A model generated the notes under the pieces. The model was not told the DNA's origin. It did not search any database and was given only the letters and a program-made list of their open reading frames with translations. Of a DNA stretch of 64,000 nt, positions 51,774 to 62,722 are shown in pieces. Origin of the DNA: Massalongia carnosa (taxonomy: Eukaryota); NCBI GenBank assembly GCA_965645245.1, contig OZ287071.1:248001-312000 (forward strand). Reading direction: 5' to 3'. The position numbers and the translations under genes are program-made. Each line of letters opens with the position of its first letter. Positions within the stretch are counted from its first letter, which is position 1.

Positions 51774-54466
51774 TCAAGGATGATTTGTGATCGGAAGGTG
51801 AGAGAAGGGAAAACGAACGTTCCGAGTACTGTATTCCGCCAATCGTGGTAGATCCTTAAGTATTACTCCTTGGTAAGCCACTTTCCGGCTGTCAGCACTA
51901 GCCCATAAATGAAGCGGGAGACGTCTACTCCAGATTTCCACAGTTTGTGCATTCGCGCCAGCTTCGAGAAGAACAATGATAGAATCCGCATCTTCCGAAA
52001 AAACAGCATCAATTAATGCTGTGTTTCTGGCCGTCAATAGCTCTCTACAACCCTCCAAAGTACCACCAGCCTCCAAGAGAGCGAAAACAGCCGAACCCAC
52101 CTCATCCAAGTGGTTTTTCATCGATCCATGGTAAACCCATCATTGAATACCTTTGGGTAACGGGAATAGGCGATTCTGGTACCAATAATCGAGAGCCAGC
52201 ATATGAAACGGGTTGCGACCCTTGCCATCAGTCTTTTGAGGATCGGCACCTTTTATCAACAGGTATCGTACAACAGTGCTATCTGCTCGATATATTGCTG
52301 TTCTAAGCGCGGTCTGCGCTTGACCATCGCCGTCGGAATCAAGATCGTCAATGTCTGCACCCAAGTTGAGTAGGACTTCCCTTGCTTCGAAGGGTCTGGT
52401 GAAGCTTGCCCAATAAAATGGAGTCTCAAGCGGCCAGTAGAAAGGGAAATGCTCAAACGGAATGTGCATCCTTTGTTTCGTGTTCATGATAACAGCAGTC
52501 CGGGCCTTCAAAAGAGCACCCTTCGAAAGAGAAGCCTCGCCACTGATTCAAAGCCTTATATAATGGCGTTTCTCCAGCATCATTCAGCAAATCCACAAAC
52601 GCGCCCTTGACTTCAACCAGATGGCGGAAGAACTCAATCCTCCCAAGTATTGCTGCAATGTGCATTGTTTTGTTTCCAGAAAAGTCGACAGCAGATTCAA
52701 CTCCGGTCACCTCCCAGAAATCTCGAATGTCCATGTTCTGCAGTGCCATCAATGAGCCAAAAAGCGCCTTGTTATAGCCACCATTCGTTCTAAATTCTTT
52801 TGCATGCGGGCAGATTCGATCTTAGCTAGGTCCTCAGCTGCAATCAGGGATCCCGATGCCGCGACGTTGAAAAGCCATTCCTCTATCTCAGAAGTTCTAA
52901 TAGTTATAGCAGACGATTGACCACAGGCTTCAACCAGTCTTTTCGCGATGCCTTGAGCAGCAAGTGATCCTGTTTTTGCTGCGGGAACCACGTAGTTGAA
53001 GCATTTATGCTGATATCCCGGGAGCTTCAAGAAAGCTTAACGCATTGCCGTTCCTAACAAGGTTTGGCCCGTATAATTTGCGTCAATTCCAGCTTCTACT
53101 GACGTTTCATGCTGCTCGTCGAGTTGCAAAACAATTTCCACATCTAGTTATGACCAATATGAGTATCTTATCTGCTGCGAATTTGCTAGGTCTAACTCTA
53201 TCACCAATGCGGACTTTAGTAAGCAGCCTGGATGGTAAATGGGTTTTTTAACACCAAAGAACCTATACAAGGACCGATATGAAGGGATCATACCAACTGG
53301 TGTAGGTTTGGCTACCATCTATCAAAAGCTGAGAGTTGATATTAGGACGTTCCTGAGGCCTCACTTTGAAGACATCGCAGCAGAGCTGCATCAGTCGCGG
53401 TTTTAGTGGTTGAGAAATGATAATCTTCTCCTTGAATCAACTCAAGAGCTTTCTCAGATGGCTCCTCGCAGCCGCCAAGCTGCGAACTATTGAATGGCAA
53501 GTGTCCCTTAGTGATCAGGGTCGATAACTCTAACAGGTCATATGAAAAACTGTCACATTTATACAAAAGCTCGGGGAAAAAGTTTCCATGAATTTCTGGT
53601 CGATAGTGAATAGTTTCGGGTGGTTTCCAGCCCCGTGGGCCCATACAAGATTGGAAACCCAAGTTTTAAGGTGCTTCCATTTCTATGCAAAGCCCAAAAT
53701 CACTTAATTTACCGATAAATGGTACCTTAGGTTCGTCTTCCATGAAGATAAGTATATTTTGAGCCTTCACATCTCTATGCATTATGCCACAGCTGTTCAC
53801 ACAGCTGAAGCCTTCTGCAACGTCAAGGCATATATGAAGTTTGAAGTCTGCTGATAGGTAACCATGAGAAAAGCCTTTGTTTCCATGGAGGAAATCATAT
53901 AATGAACACATAGCTTTCTCCATGATTAATACCGGAAGCCTCATTGATAGATCAGCAGCGGGATAATCATATCCCCAAGAAACAAGATCTACAATATTTC
54001 GATGCCGTTGTATTCTTGTGTGGCAGAGCGAGATAATCTCAACCTGGAGTGTCCGGAGATGCGAACGGAGCTTGTCATCTTTTGTTACAGTCGTCATATC
54101 CTAATCCATTGGTTCACAACGAACTCGTTTTATAACCACGTTACTCATGCTCCCCATGTTATCTGCAAACACTTCGAGTTGGAGACCAGAACCCAGGCAT
54201 AGGCCTCGAATGTCGAGGTTCGGTCCTGTCAGATGAATTGGGCCATTCAAACCCAACTTTTGGAGAAGAGAACCAAACTGCTCGAGGGTGGTCAGAAGTT
54301 GATAAGTTCGGCCGTTTTTGATCCCCAGCGAAATTTGATCGAAGTAGTCAAAGTCGTTGGAAAGTTCAGACTGGGAAAATTGTGATCATGATAAGCATTG
54401 TAACAAGATAATAATAAAATGTCTCTTACAGTCCAAGATTTTAAAAACCCCTTCTCCATTTTCCAT
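51774..54466 (-). pseudogene. Protein kinase + Sel1-like + ankyrin-repeat gene, disrupted
   Basis: LGSG loop, HRNIVDL, IMHRDVKAQNILIF, KLSDFG, PRGWKPPE. Ankyrin units NKTMHIAA, GETPLYKA, QTALRTA, GRNPFHMLA, RLPLHLWA. Multiple stops and frameshifts. Confidence 0.85.
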
Positions 54467-54795
54467 GATAAAAACTATTGTTCCGTATTTGTAAGATCAA
54501 TAATTTGAAGTAACTGAAGTCGATTTGTCTCGGATCTTTAAAATATAATTACTGAAATTAATTATCACTTCGAAGAAAAAAAAGCTGCTCCTTTATATGC
54601 TTGCTTATCATATATGAAACTGCGAGCGACTGAATCTCGAAAACATACCCGATCAGGTTAACTTGAAGAGAAGTTTAACTTCTATTCTTTTTCTTCTATT
54701 ATTTTTTCTTCAAACTTGGATAGAAAATCGATAGGAGTACTTCGTATCCTATTAAGAGTACTTGAGTAAGAACATGTCTACATAATATGAGCAGC

Positions 54796-55318
54796 GGCCT
54801 GCTAGGTCAGAAACCTCTACGTGGTGCAGGCTATCAACACCTCCTCGGAGGTGGCCAGTATCTAATCATCGCCAACGCGGAAGCCCACCTTGATGGCCGT
54901 TTGAATGATCAACGTCTTTACTGATCATTCACCACTTCGAAGGCATACAAAGCCCATTCATTCGGAACGACCACACTTCCACACCTTCATTTATACGACA
55001 CCACGATCTGCCCTCGATCACGGCCAGTCTTTCCTTCTCTGAGTCAAAACGGTTAAAGAGAGAGAACGTTCGTCGAACGTGTAGAGATACACTGTCTATT
55101 TCATCGAGTCTACAGGATTCCTAGCGCTTGAAGATCCGAGTGTATGCACCGCGTGGTAGAAGAACGATTTCGTTGCGTTCACTATGTTGTAAGGGAGTGA
55201 TTTTACCCTGGGGCCAGGTTTCCACTTCCTGACTTGTTGTTTATGTACATAAATAGCAGTCACAGCGTCATATCCTTAGGATGCATACGCTTAATGAATT
55301 AATAAAAATAAAAATAAA
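54796..55318 (+). mobile_element. Non-autonomous A-tailed retroposon (SINE-like), copy 2, with a mutated HDV-like ribozyme at 54796-54867
   Basis: 12-bp TSD AATATGAGCAGC (54784-54795 and 55319-55330), (TAAAAA)n tail, colinear with 21167-21804. Confidence 0.93.
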
Positions 55319-55511
55319 AATATGAGCAGCGCTAAACAGCGTTTAACTAAGTACATAAGATGCGCACATCGACGCGCTGTGCCCTAGCAAACCATCAGTC
55401 ATGGTTTTCGCTTACTAAAAGAGTCACTGGGGTGAACTATTCTCCCTTTCCTATAAGTGAACTTTACCAGGCTATGCACCATGCAGTCCTGTCCTTTTCA
55501 TCACTTCTCCG

Positions 55512-56463
55512 ATGTTTGAAATCCCTCCGATTATTTTGAATCTCATTCGCTACCCGTTGCTCCTATGCCTAGGTTATTGCGCCACGCCTCGGCGTCGGCG
55601 CACCATCGCCCAGCAACAGATTGAGAGGCGATGCCGTCGGCGCCGTGAATATGCCCCCGTCCCGCTCTCCACCTCGCGAAAGCGCGCTCTTACATTACAA
55701 CTGCCATCGCCGAAAAGTAACGGCGCGCTAAAGCAACGAACCCGTGACCAATCCCAGTCCATATTTTTCGCTCGATTGCCCTTGGATGTTCGGCTCATGA
55801 TATATAAGGATGCGATCGGTGGCCACGACATTCACATCATCAGGCTGAATCGAAGATTGGGGCATGTGATTTGTTGGCAGCCGGATCGGAAGAACCCGTG
55901 GAAACATAAATGTCTAGGGCGCACCCATGATGACGGATTTTATATTGAACCTTTGGAAGGCAGCCCTGCACCCCCGAAAATAATCTCGCTGATCAAAGCG
56001 TGTCGACAAATGTATGAAGGATATTCCTCCTTGTTCTTTGTTGGTAAGAGGTAACGTCTATAGATACACCGAAGCGATCCATATGCTTTACGCCCATAAC
56101 ACATTTCTCGTAGACCACCTTGATACTGTTGTTAATCTTAGCTGCACTATCTTCCCTCAACGGTTAGCCTCCATCCGCTCGTTGCAGCTGACTTGGACGT
56201 TTCACCACTTGTGCCTTGAATCGAGGTTCCAACTTCTTCCGCCGGATGACGGCGCGACGTGGGAGCAAGCCTGCCAGATTATAGCTAGCATGAAGGGACT
56301 ACGTAGCTTCCGGCTAACAATGGACGAAGCATCAGTGTATCTGGCCGCCGTGCTCCTCGAGCCGCTGAAAAGCGTTCGGGAGAGAGACATGCTGGACCTC
56401 AGGTCTGTGCATTCTGGGAAAACCGAATGGCTGAGCAATCGCCTTGAAATCTCAAGGCCGTGA
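55512..56463 (+). CDS. Fungal hypothetical protein with an F-box-like 'QS.FF.RLP.DVR.MIY' domain; intron ~56011-56063
   Basis: DQSQSIFFARLPLDVRLMIYKDAIGG...SLIKACRQ|IYTEAIHMLYAHNTF...IRSLQL. Confidence 0.72.
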
Positions 56464-56877
56464 GCCCCGCCGTTTCTGGGGTGTCGTCGTACGAACTTTA
56501 ACAAGATAACACCCTTGCCGTGGAGCAAGCTTCCAACATCGGCAATGCCGAGCAAAGCTCCCTTGCGTCATGATTTAGAATAGCCCTTGCCTCTACTCAT
56601 ATGCCAAAACGTCGTTTGACGAGATATTGCGGAGGAAGGGAGTTTAGGCTCAACACATAGCACATGATGAGCGCTGAACAACTCTAGAAATATACCTAGC
56701 TAATACAGGCAGCGGTTGGTTTGAAATTTATAAATTTATAATGGTGAGACCGAGAATTGGTTGAATAGGGACCGTGACTGGTCCTAAGCATGAGTTCCCA
56801 AAGTTGTAAGCATCCCGGTGTAAAAGCATCCCAAAATTCAAAGAAGCCATCCACGCCGCAGCATATCCCATTACGTC

Positions 56878-58224
56878 CTACAAATACCGTGCTGTCATCC
56901 CCCCCTCCAATTCTGGCATGTCATCCCACTGGCTTGTAACCTCCTCGCCTTTAACCAAATTCCCTGCGTTCAGCCTAACGCTATGCACAATACTATGCGC
57001 CTCTCCCTTCTCGCGAACCTGCACCTCGGTACCCTCGTCGACAGTCTGGATATCGCTGTCCCGATCTTTAGGGCCCGCGTCGCGATGGCTGCCCCACAGC
57101 GTGGGAAACACAGCGACGCACTTGAAGCCAAAGGGCTGATCGCGACAGAGTTCGTGGATGCCGAGGTCGATGGGTGCGAAGGACGATGTCTGTACAGCGC
57201 CGTAGTAGTGGAGGATGCGGCGGGCACCGCGTAGGGAGAGCGCATAGGCTTGGGTGCAGAGGCCGCCCCCGGCGGTGTACACCACGCGGGTACTGTCAGG
57301 GTCGTAGCCTGCAGCGGCGAGATCTGGGGTTGTTTGCTTAGGGCGGTGGTGGGCTGGGGGGACCGTTGGGTCGTTTTCCATAAGGTAATGCGGGGTGTCG
57401 TCGCGAAAGGAGGAACCACAGTGACCAAGCCAGAGCAGATCCCAGTCATTTCCGTAAGGGGAGCTGAAGCCTCGGGTGCGGAATGACGGGTCCGAGATGT
57501 AGCGACTGCCTGTGGCGAAGTGATTGAGCTGGTCTTTGAGGTACACAGACCAGTCGGCATCATCTTCCATGACAAGAGCGCTGAGCAGATTCTCAGATAC
57601 AACGCTGAGCGAAATAACAGAGCTTAGCAGAAGTACGATTTCTTTTGAAAGGGAGTAAAAAATACCGCTGAGCAAAATTCACATGGGACCGCCAGCATCC
57701 TGCTACATTGTCAAACCTATCTTTATGCCAGTCTTCTTTCTACAGTCGGAGTCAGTCAGAGTTGGACAAGAACGGAAGGAAGGAGACAAAAACCTTTGGC
57801 ACGCCATGCATTGGCAACACTCTAAGTGAGATCTCCTTTCCAATAACTCCTTCAATCACATCTACATGGAACCCTGTAAGCGACGCTGCCAGTATTATTG
57901 CATCTAATTTATCCGTGCGCTCCCTCATGTTAATGACAAAGACTTTCCCAAACTATACACGCTTCTGCATCAGTCTGGCTCTTCTTAAACATGTATTTGG
58001 GACAAGTAAAAGGCACCTACACCGAGCGTGGCGTTTCTCACGTCATTGAAGATGCTTGTGGAGTTCGATGCCGCACGGACAAGAACGTCGGGGATGTCAC
58101 TAGGATTCTCTAAGAAAGTGATTTGAGATTGCTGCGACATGAGCCATAAGGAGACGCAATAGAAGATGGTGAAGGCCGTGAAGGTGACGCGAGAGGACCT
58201 GAGGCCTCTGCGGAAGTCAATCAT
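56878..58224 (-). CDS. Glycosyltransferase family 25 protein, multi-exon (alternative start 58332)
   Basis: N-terminal TM, RNATLG|FGKVFVINMRERTDKLD, GCWRSHVN, ALVMEDDADW, PYGNDWDLLWLGHC. Confidence 0.85.
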
Positions 58225-58947
58225 ACCTCTAATGGTGGTTATGAGTGCGCATTCGGAGACAGTTGAAGAAGCAGGATCAGACTTCTCAAGATTGAGAAAA
58301 GTCGGATGACGAGGAAATAATCGTACAGCCATTTCTAGTTCTCAATCTTATGTTTTGCACATGTTAAAAAGAAAGACATGTGTCGAACATGGCGCAGTAT
58401 TTCACATGTCAATTCTTTTAAAGCGACAATAGCGCAATGATAATAAATATATGTTACAGAATCCAAGCCATAAGAAAACACCTTGACGTTTTAGAAAGGA
58501 CAAGTGGTTAGATAAAGTCGATATCGAAAGCAATTTTGACGTAGGGGGGAAATTTTGTGTGAAGACTCGAAAGCACTCGATACCACCGAACTGAAGACGA
58601 CTTCCAACAAATAAAAGGAGCCATCTCTTGCAAGGGATGGCAGTTTATTGAATGAGAATTTATCAAATCCTAATGTTCTAACAGCATATACTCCTTACTT
58701 GTAGAGCGAAGTTCTCGGCGTACAGGCCTCCACTTCGTATCGCCCTGGGTCCATTAAGAGCTCAGACTACAAATTCGGAACTTGCAGCGCTTGTGCTAAG
58801 ATGTAGACGACTCACACCGGATGTTTGAATCCGTGTCAGGACTTACTATCCCTCTCGCTGTCATTCTAGCACCCCCCTCCCAAGCTAATCTATATTGGAC
58901 TAGCTTCCGCACCGATGAGTCATCAGAACATTAGTTTTCTCTAGAGT

Positions 58948-59628
58948 TTGCCTCAGTACCTCAGACGTGCGTGGCTCTAGGAGCCGTCTAAGCCCCTCCG
59001 GGTTAGCCTATTTAGCTAAGCTCCTTCGGATTAGCGTCCCAGCTGACTAACGTGGCTGCGATAGCACGTCTGAGCGCAAAACTAAATATTACGGTCAGAT
59101 ATTCGTAATAAATCGTGTATTATTGCGATTTTTCGACATTTTGACGTCTTGCTTTTTCGTTTGACACGGGCTATTTCTTCGAAAGACTTCAAGCAGAATT
59201 TGTATAGAAATTTTTCTGAAATTCCTGTTCGTTGTAAAGTTCATGTGGGGCAATCTGATTGCACTTCGCATAGAAATCGAGAATCGACTTAACGAAAATA
59301 ACAAGATGTATGTAAAATTGCTCTGCACGTTATAAACATAAATAAAGATTGAAATTTATAACGAAAAAATCAAAAATACATTGATCATGATCATATCAAG
59401 CGACGACGACGTTACAAACATGAAAACAATGAAGTTGTGACGTTGTACTATAAGGTCGAAATCGTTCTTGTCATGATCGTTAAGCCATATCTGACCGTAA
59501 TCTTGAGTTTTGGGCTCAGACTTGCTACAGATGTGCTGCGTAGTCAGCCTGTTAACCCGAAGGGGCTTAACGTTCTGTAAGGCTAACCCGAAGGGGCTTA
59601 GCCGGGCACGTCTGAGGTACTGAGGCAA
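58948..59628. mobile_element. Nested non-autonomous TIR element (681 bp, 8-bp TSD; hAT-like by TSD length)
   Basis: Perfect 23-bp TIRs TTGCCTCAGTACCTCAGACGTGC (58948-58970 / 59606-59628). TSD TCTAGAGT (58940-58947 and 59629-59636). Subterminal TAACCCGAAGGGGCTTA repeats. Confidence 0.9.
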
Positions 59629-59738
59629 TCTAGAGTGTTTGCGCGTTTGTTTACTTTCAAAGAATACTATTCGGTCATTCAATCAAAATAAATCACATAA
59701 ATTACTATTCTTCTAGCTTCGGAATTGATATTATAAGT

Positions 59739-61571
59739 ATGACGCTCAATGAAGAAGAAATCCCGAGTGTATCAGACAAATCTCCCATTTCAGCGAAGCA
59801 ACATAAAATAAATCGCAAAAGAAGTGTTCGGGATATTTTAATCGACCTTCCCCCTATTTCCTCAAAATATACCCCCATTCGGGTTGAAAACAGGCCTTTT
59901 GTTCCGCTCGTTGAAAACGATTCTCGAAATCCTTTGGGATTATTTCGGTTATTTATAACAAGGCAGCATTGTCGTATCATCGCAAATCATACCAATATCA
60001 AGGCAAATAACTACATGGAAAAGGAGAAGGAAAACAATCATCGGGTTTGGACTGACACTACTGACTCGGAAATTGAGGTTTTTTTGGGCATATTAATTCT
60101 TATAGGACTCGATCATCTACCTGCTACAGAGGATTATTGGAATCAACGTCCTGACAAACCAGTTATCATGCCTATTCTGTCCGCGATGTCGCTTGGTCGA
60201 TTTCAACAAATCAAACGATTTTTGAAAATCAATAATGGACAGACTGAGCCTATCGGACTTGGTCAAGGACCTGATTGGTGGAAGAAACTGGAACCGTTGG
60301 CTACTGATTTCCGAAAGACTTCATTGAAACATTGCAGACCAGGAAGTATGATATCTATAGATGAACAGCTGGTGTTATTCAAGGGCCGTTCTCGACATAC
60401 CTTGCAGATTACTACAAAAAGTGCCCATAAAGGATTTAAAATCTACAGTCTCTGTCAGGATAATTATCTGTTGTCATTTATGTTTGCCTCGAAGAGTAGC
60501 AGAATAAGTGAATTGAAAACAGTCAGACAATTGGGATTTTTGCCAAAAGATAAACTAACTCCTAGTGCTTTGCTAGTGATTCAGTTATGTAAAGAACTTC
60601 CATCCTCACTGAATTATCATCTTTTCTGTGATAATTTCTTTACTAGTACGAAATTATTCAAGGCACTTCGATCAATCGGAATAGCTGCCAGTGGAACTGC
60701 TAAAAAGGGCTCGGGCTTTCCAGAAGAATTGTTGGCCATACGGGACGTCACTTCAAAAGGAAAAGACTGGGGTCTTCAGGCCCATATGGTGGTCGACGAT
60801 AAGGTGCTTTGTATGGGCTGGGTGGATAATAATGGTGTGCAGTACATGACCACCGGTCATTCTCCTCAGGACTTGTACGAAATGCACTATATAAATCCGC
60901 ACAAGAGATATGGAATTCCCGAGACCTCTCTTCAACCTATTGTATCGTATTTCCCATCAACTCTGGCTCACTCCATTCCCTTGCTCAATCAAGAGGTTCA
61001 ACGGCCCTTAGGATTACCGATACCAGCCCCAATCAAAGAATATAATCTTCATATGGGGGGATCGGATGGAAACGCTCAGCAACGAGCGATTTACTCATAC
61101 AATCGTCGAACGGATCGTTACTGGTGGCCTTTGTTCATTTTTATTTTAGATGCAGCCGGATTGAATGCCTATAAACTTTACTCGCTGAACTCTTTCGATT
61201 CCGAGGAGATAAAATTTACTCGTTCTGAATTTCTTCGTCGGATTGCTCTTGAACTGATATCAAATCAAGCGGGCATCAGGCCCGGCTCATCAAAGATAAG
61301 CATCAATACCACGATTGATGCTTTAGTACCATCTCCCATTCATCATTACGTTCGTCTTGAAGGCAGAAAAAGATGTGTGCAATGTAACGCCGAGAAAAAA
61401 CGACCTTCAAAGCGGAAGGGAGAGCCACTGGCTGAAATAAGTGTCGATGGGCGTAAAAGAAGGCGAAGGGGTGCTCAGACTATATGGGCTTGTGGAGGAT
61501 GTAATCCAATCAGGCCCTGCTGTAAGAAAGCCAGCTGTTGGGAAGCTATTCATATGATAGGGGACGAGTAA
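59739..61571 (+). CDS. piggyBac (PGBD/DDE_Tnp_1_7) transposase, 610 aa, intact
   Basis: SIDEQ, CDNFFTS, YNLHMGGSD (DDD triad), YWWPLF, and a C-terminal Cys-rich domain (CVQC...CGGC...C...CWEAIH). Confidence 0.93.
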   Translation: MTLNEEEIPSVSDKSPISAKQHKINRKRSVRDILIDLPPISSKYTPIRVENRPFVPLVENDSRNPLGLFRLFITRQHCRIIANHTNIKANNYMEKEKENNHRVWTDTTDSEIEVFLGILILIGLDHLPATEDYWNQRPDKPVIMPILSAMSLGRFQQIKRFLKINNGQTEPIGLGQGPDWWKKLEPLATDFRKTSLKHCRPGSMISIDEQLVLFKGRSRHTLQITTKSAHKGFKIYSLCQDNYLLSFMFASKSSRISELKTVRQLGFLPKDKLTPSALLVIQLCKELPSSLNYHLFCDNFFTSTKLFKALRSIGIAASGTAKKGSGFPEELLAIRDVTSKGKDWGLQAHMVVDDKVLCMGWVDNNGVQYMTTGHSPQDLYEMHYINPHKRYGIPETSLQPIVSYFPSTLAHSIPLLNQEVQRPLGLPIPAPIKEYNLHMGGSDGNAQQRAIYSYNRRTDRYWWPLFIFILDAAGLNAYKLYSLNSFDSEEIKFTRSEFLRRIALELISNQAGIRPGSSKISINTTIDALVPSPIHHYVRLEGRKRCVQCNAEKKRPSKRKGEPLAEISVDGRKRRRRGAQTIWACGGCNPIRPCCKKASCWEAIHMIGDE

Positions 61572-62037
61572 ATAGGTATCTGATACTCCGTACAACTTCT
61601 TGTGAATAGGAATAACATTGATTGGTCAAAAGTTTAAGGTTTAGCGCTTTCTAACCAACAATGGTTTAGCTTGGGGGGGGGTGCTAGAATGACAGCGAGA
61701 GGGATAGTCTTAGCTCTGAGCACAACCAAGCTCCATCATTGTATCCTCTGGTGGTAACTTTAGGAGGTATCTCCTGTGCCTTTACAGCAACCCCATGACT
61801 TGGCTGGGTTAGGACAGGTGAAATGGTGAGGGTCGCTTCAAACCCTAGTTCACCATTGGCACTGATGACGATTTGAGAATGACGGAGTTAAATAAACATC
61901 CAAACCCCGCAAGACTGATGCGATTAAACAGCCACGCGAAATTTCGGTATCTAGAGCATTCGATGCATCTTGCATGTCTTACACACGGATGAACGCAGCC
62001 ACAGCTTTGTTCCGATGTCAACCATTCGATAAATAAA

Positions 62038-62673
62038 ATGACCCCTGTCGTCGAGGCCGCCAACGCGCTCTCGCTTGCAGCCTTCCGCACCAGGTTCCTC
62101 CCCAATATTCGGGCTCTCCCCCCTCTGCCCACAAATCCAACGCTTCAACTTGCCTTAACGCTCGAGAGTGGGTCACAACTCTCCGCCACGGACTTTCAAT
62201 CCTGCTACACCTTGGTCCGCTTGACCAGTTCCACCGCTTATCAGTCTTCTGGCGTTGGATGGCAGCCAGCGAAGAAGCGGAAGGAGATGCGGCTGGATGA
62301 CATGCGGTATTTGCTTGTCAAGAGTCATCCCGGGGGTTCCGAAATCGACCAGGAGGAACTTCAGGGGTTTCTCTCGTTCCTGTTGACGTACGAGGATGGG
62401 TACGAGGTTGTTTACTGCTACGAGCTCCATCTTGCGCCGACCTTGCGGGGACACGGAGTAGGGAAACAACTTATGATGATGATGGAGAACGTGGGGAGGA
62501 ACGTTGGGGTGGCAAAGGCAATGTTGACTGTGTTTGTAGAGAACGAGGCGGCGCTAAAGTTTTACGAGAGGCTAGGGTACGAGGAGGATGAGTACTCGCC
62601 GCAGCCGAGGAAACTGCGGAATGGGGTCGTGAAGGATCCAACCTATGTGATTCTGTCCAAGAGTCTTGCTTGA
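62038..62673 (+). CDS. NAA40: GNAT N-alpha-acetyltransferase 40 (NatD)-like
   Basis: YQSSGVGW...KRKEM...MRYLL, VVYCYELHL...RGHGVGKQLM, KAMLTVF..NEAALKFYERLGY..DEYSP, YVILSK. Confidence 0.85.
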   Translation: MTPVVEAANALSLAAFRTRFLPNIRALPPLPTNPTLQLALTLESGSQLSATDFQSCYTLVRLTSSTAYQSSGVGWQPAKKRKEMRLDDMRYLLVKSHPGGSEIDQEELQGFLSFLLTYEDGYEVVYCYELHLAPTLRGHGVGKQLMMMMENVGRNVGVAKAMLTVFVENEAALKFYERLGYEEDEYSPQPRKLRNGVVKDPTYVILSKSLA

Positions 62674-62722
62674 TTGGAGGACAACGGAGCGGATCTTCAA
62701 TTCGTTTTTGGTTAAAGTCTAA

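Larger units (their letters stand above)
58850..61703 (+). mobile_element. Full-length piggyBac-superfamily DNA transposon with ~39-bp TIRs
   Basis: TIRs CCCTCTCGCTGTCATTCTAGCACCCCCC(T)CCCAAGCTAA (58850-58888) and its reverse complement (61666-61703) enclose the transposase ORF. Confidence 0.92.

Noticed and set aside
21167..55318. The two repeat copies as the LTRs or ends of one 34-kb element
   Set aside because: Each copy has its own distinct TSD, and the interval contains core genes.
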